In this document: piece by piece, positions 23,909 to 25,461 of the stretch
Layout of the letters: every line of letters starts with the position of its first letter
Position numbering within the stretch: position 1 is the first letter of the stretch
Translations under genes and position numbers: made by a program
Notes under the pieces: model-generated
The model's database searches: none
Told to the model about the DNA's origin: nothing
The model's input: only the letters and a program-made list of their open reading frames with translations
Origin: a virus
Lineage: Duplodnaviria > Caudoviricetes
DNA length: 25,461 nt
Virus record (IMG/VR): IMGVR_UViG_3300034117_000234
Location: 1 to 25,461 of that record
Direction: 5' to 3' (one strand)

Positions 23909-25429
23909 CTAAGAGTAGAACTGCGGGATAACTTGTTCTTCCATTCTAGCCGAAGCCCTGTCGTAAGCCATAAGTAAAGCGATAGCATTATCGACCTTCA
24001 GTTTCGGTTGTCTGTAATCCTTCGTGATTCTTGCGCCGCGAGCGTCCATTTTGAGAACGCAGTTATCTATGTGCCTTGAAAGCGACGGATCGCCATTATG
24101 TATAAATTTTACATTTTGGATAGCGTCGTAAAGTTTCGAAGTTGCGGGGACTGTTCGTTCGGGACTGTTCCGATACATTACGACGGGGATTCCTGATTCC
24201 TGCCAGAGAAGAAGCTCGTCGAACCAATAAGACGGGTCGCAAGCCATTTCCTTTATGCGCGGAAACTTGTCTACGAAGTCAAGAAGCCAAGCGGTTACTT
24301 CGTCCTTCGATACTCTCCAAGAGTCGTCGTCTACCGCGAAGTTCTTCTCCCACGAAGCCGCTCGGACCACTCTGAAGGGTTGCCCTTCTTCTTTCGGCAA
24401 GATAACGGCCACGATCGAAGTCGAGTCATTATTCCAAGACCCGTCGAAGCCGAGAACATACTCGTCGTCTGGGGACATTTCGAAGTCCCGTTTCAGATTC
24501 TCCCAAGCGCCCGCAGGTAGCCAAGCCTGTTTCTGGCTAACCCACTGATTAAGACGTTTAGTTCGAAACTCGGCTTCAGGAGTGCGCCTAACTGTGCTCT
24601 CGAAATCCTGCTCGGAAACTAGATCGTTAAAACCTGGGTTTGCTTTGCGCCATTGAGCAGGGTCTTTATGGTCGCCTTCGGGGTCGGCTTCCCACCACGC
24701 CATAAAGAACGCTGGGTCTATCACTTCGCCGTTGATTATCTGTTTGCCGTAATTGTAAAGTTTGTAAGCAATAGAGTCTTCGCCCGTAGAATCTGTCTTA
24801 GTTCCTGCCGTGGTAATCGCTACTAATTGAGCCAGTTTGCCGCGGTTACCCAAACTTAAACTGAAAACGTCGAATAGGTCGCGGTTCTTATGCGCGTGGA
24901 GCTCGTCCATAATTACGCGCGAACAGTTCAAACCTTCTTTCGAGTAAGCTTCGGCAGAGACTACCTTGAAAACTGAGTTAGTCGAAGGGACGTAGATCGA
25001 GTCCTTATAGATTTGAACTAACTCGCTAAGTTCCGACGACTCGACCATTCTCTTCGCTTCGTTGAAAACAATTCTGGCCTGTTCCTTCTCGGCGGCCACC
25101 GCGATAACTTCTCCACCGCCAATACCTTCACCGAGCAAACTGTAAAGACCGATAGCCGCAGAAGATAGAGCGCTTTTGCCGTTCTTCCTGGGCATACCGA
25201 TAAGGCAAGTTTGATGAACTAAGCCGCCTTCAGAATCTCGCGCATAAACTCGGCGCAAAAGTTCCTTCTGCCAGTCCCGAAGTTTTAGCGGTTGCCCCAT
25301 AGCACCCGCGATTCCGTCCTTACCGATAGACCCAAACGCTTCAGCGAACTCGGCGACGTAATTGCCGTCCCCAGCCTTTATCGCTTCTTCGCTAACCGCA
25401 GTAACCCAAGCGGGCGGCCAACTACTCAC
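23909..25429 (-). CDS. terL: Terminase large subunit
   Basis: Walker A PRKNGKS, Walker B VIMDELH, ITTAG, nuclease GFDGS and KVD; start trimmed to GTG 25429. Confidence 0.95.
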   Translation of the reverse strand: MSSWPPAWVTAVSEEAIKAGDGNYVAEFAEAFGSIGKDGIAGAMGQPLKLRDWQKELLRRVYARDSEGGLVHQTCLIGMPRKNGKSALSSAAIGLYSLLGEGIGGGEVIAVAAEKEQARIVFNEAKRMVESSELSELVQIYKDSIYVPSTNSVFKVVSAEAYSKEGLNCSRVIMDELHAHKNRDLFDVFSLSLGNRGKLAQLVAITTAGTKTDSTGEDSIAYKLYNYGKQIINGEVIDPAFFMAWWEADPEGDHKDPAQWRKANPGFNDLVSEQDFESTVRRTPEAEFRTKRLNQWVSQKQAWLPAGAWENLKRDFEMSPDDEYVLGFDGSWNNDSTSIVAVILPKEEGQPFRVVRAASWEKNFAVDDDSWRVSKDEVTAWLLDFVDKFPRIKEMACDPSYWFDELLLWQESGIPVVMYRNSPERTVPATSKLYDAIQNVKFIHNGDPSLSRHIDNCVLKMDARGARITKDYRQPKLKVDNAIALLMAYDRASARMEEQVIPQFYS

Positions 25430-25461
25430 GTTGCGATTTCCTAGCCAATAACTCTTCAAGC
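25422..25461 (-). CDS. C-terminal end of the upstream gene, probably terminase small subunit (partial)
   Basis: Frame reads LEELLARKSQRE* and overlaps the terL start; identity inferred from position only. Confidence 0.4.
   Translation of the reverse strand, partial: LEELLARKSQRE

Noticed and set aside
696-24548. Other + strand ORFs in the track (for example 696, 1566, 3175, 3405, 4731, 7881, 8897, 12525-14647, 15207-16292, 17877, 19099, 23067, 24142, 24255) and the nested minus ORF 3132..3383
   Set aside because: They are antisense or out-of-frame shadows of well-supported minus-strand genes.

Overview
This window is a ~25.5 kb segment of a small siphovirus-type phage genome. The host is inferred to be an actinobacterium, from the WhiB gene and TANNNT leaderless promoters; the ~50% GC by eye would fit freshwater Microbacteriaceae. 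Almost all genes are on the minus strand. Reading right to left: terminase, portal, multidomain prohead protease, HK97-type capsid, glycosyltransferase, head-tail and tail genes (with a -1 frameshift chaperone), tape measure, minor tail and fibre genes, M23 endolysin and holin-like gene, whiB (the only credible + strand gene), YqaJ/ERF recombination genes, HNH, a DUF4338/DruA-like protein, SSB, RusA, small early genes and a truncated ABC-type ATPase. The most striking content is non-coding: (1) an 84-nt tmRNA tRNA-like domain with no mRNA-like domain and its own promoter (19938-20021); (2) a ~350-nt ORF-free, helix-dense region with two predicted pseudoknots in the replication module (~3700-4070); (3) twin bulged hairpins in the capsid 5' UTR; (4) a candidate ~60-nt anti-SD small RNA. 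All structures were derived by eye; no searches or folding programs were run.
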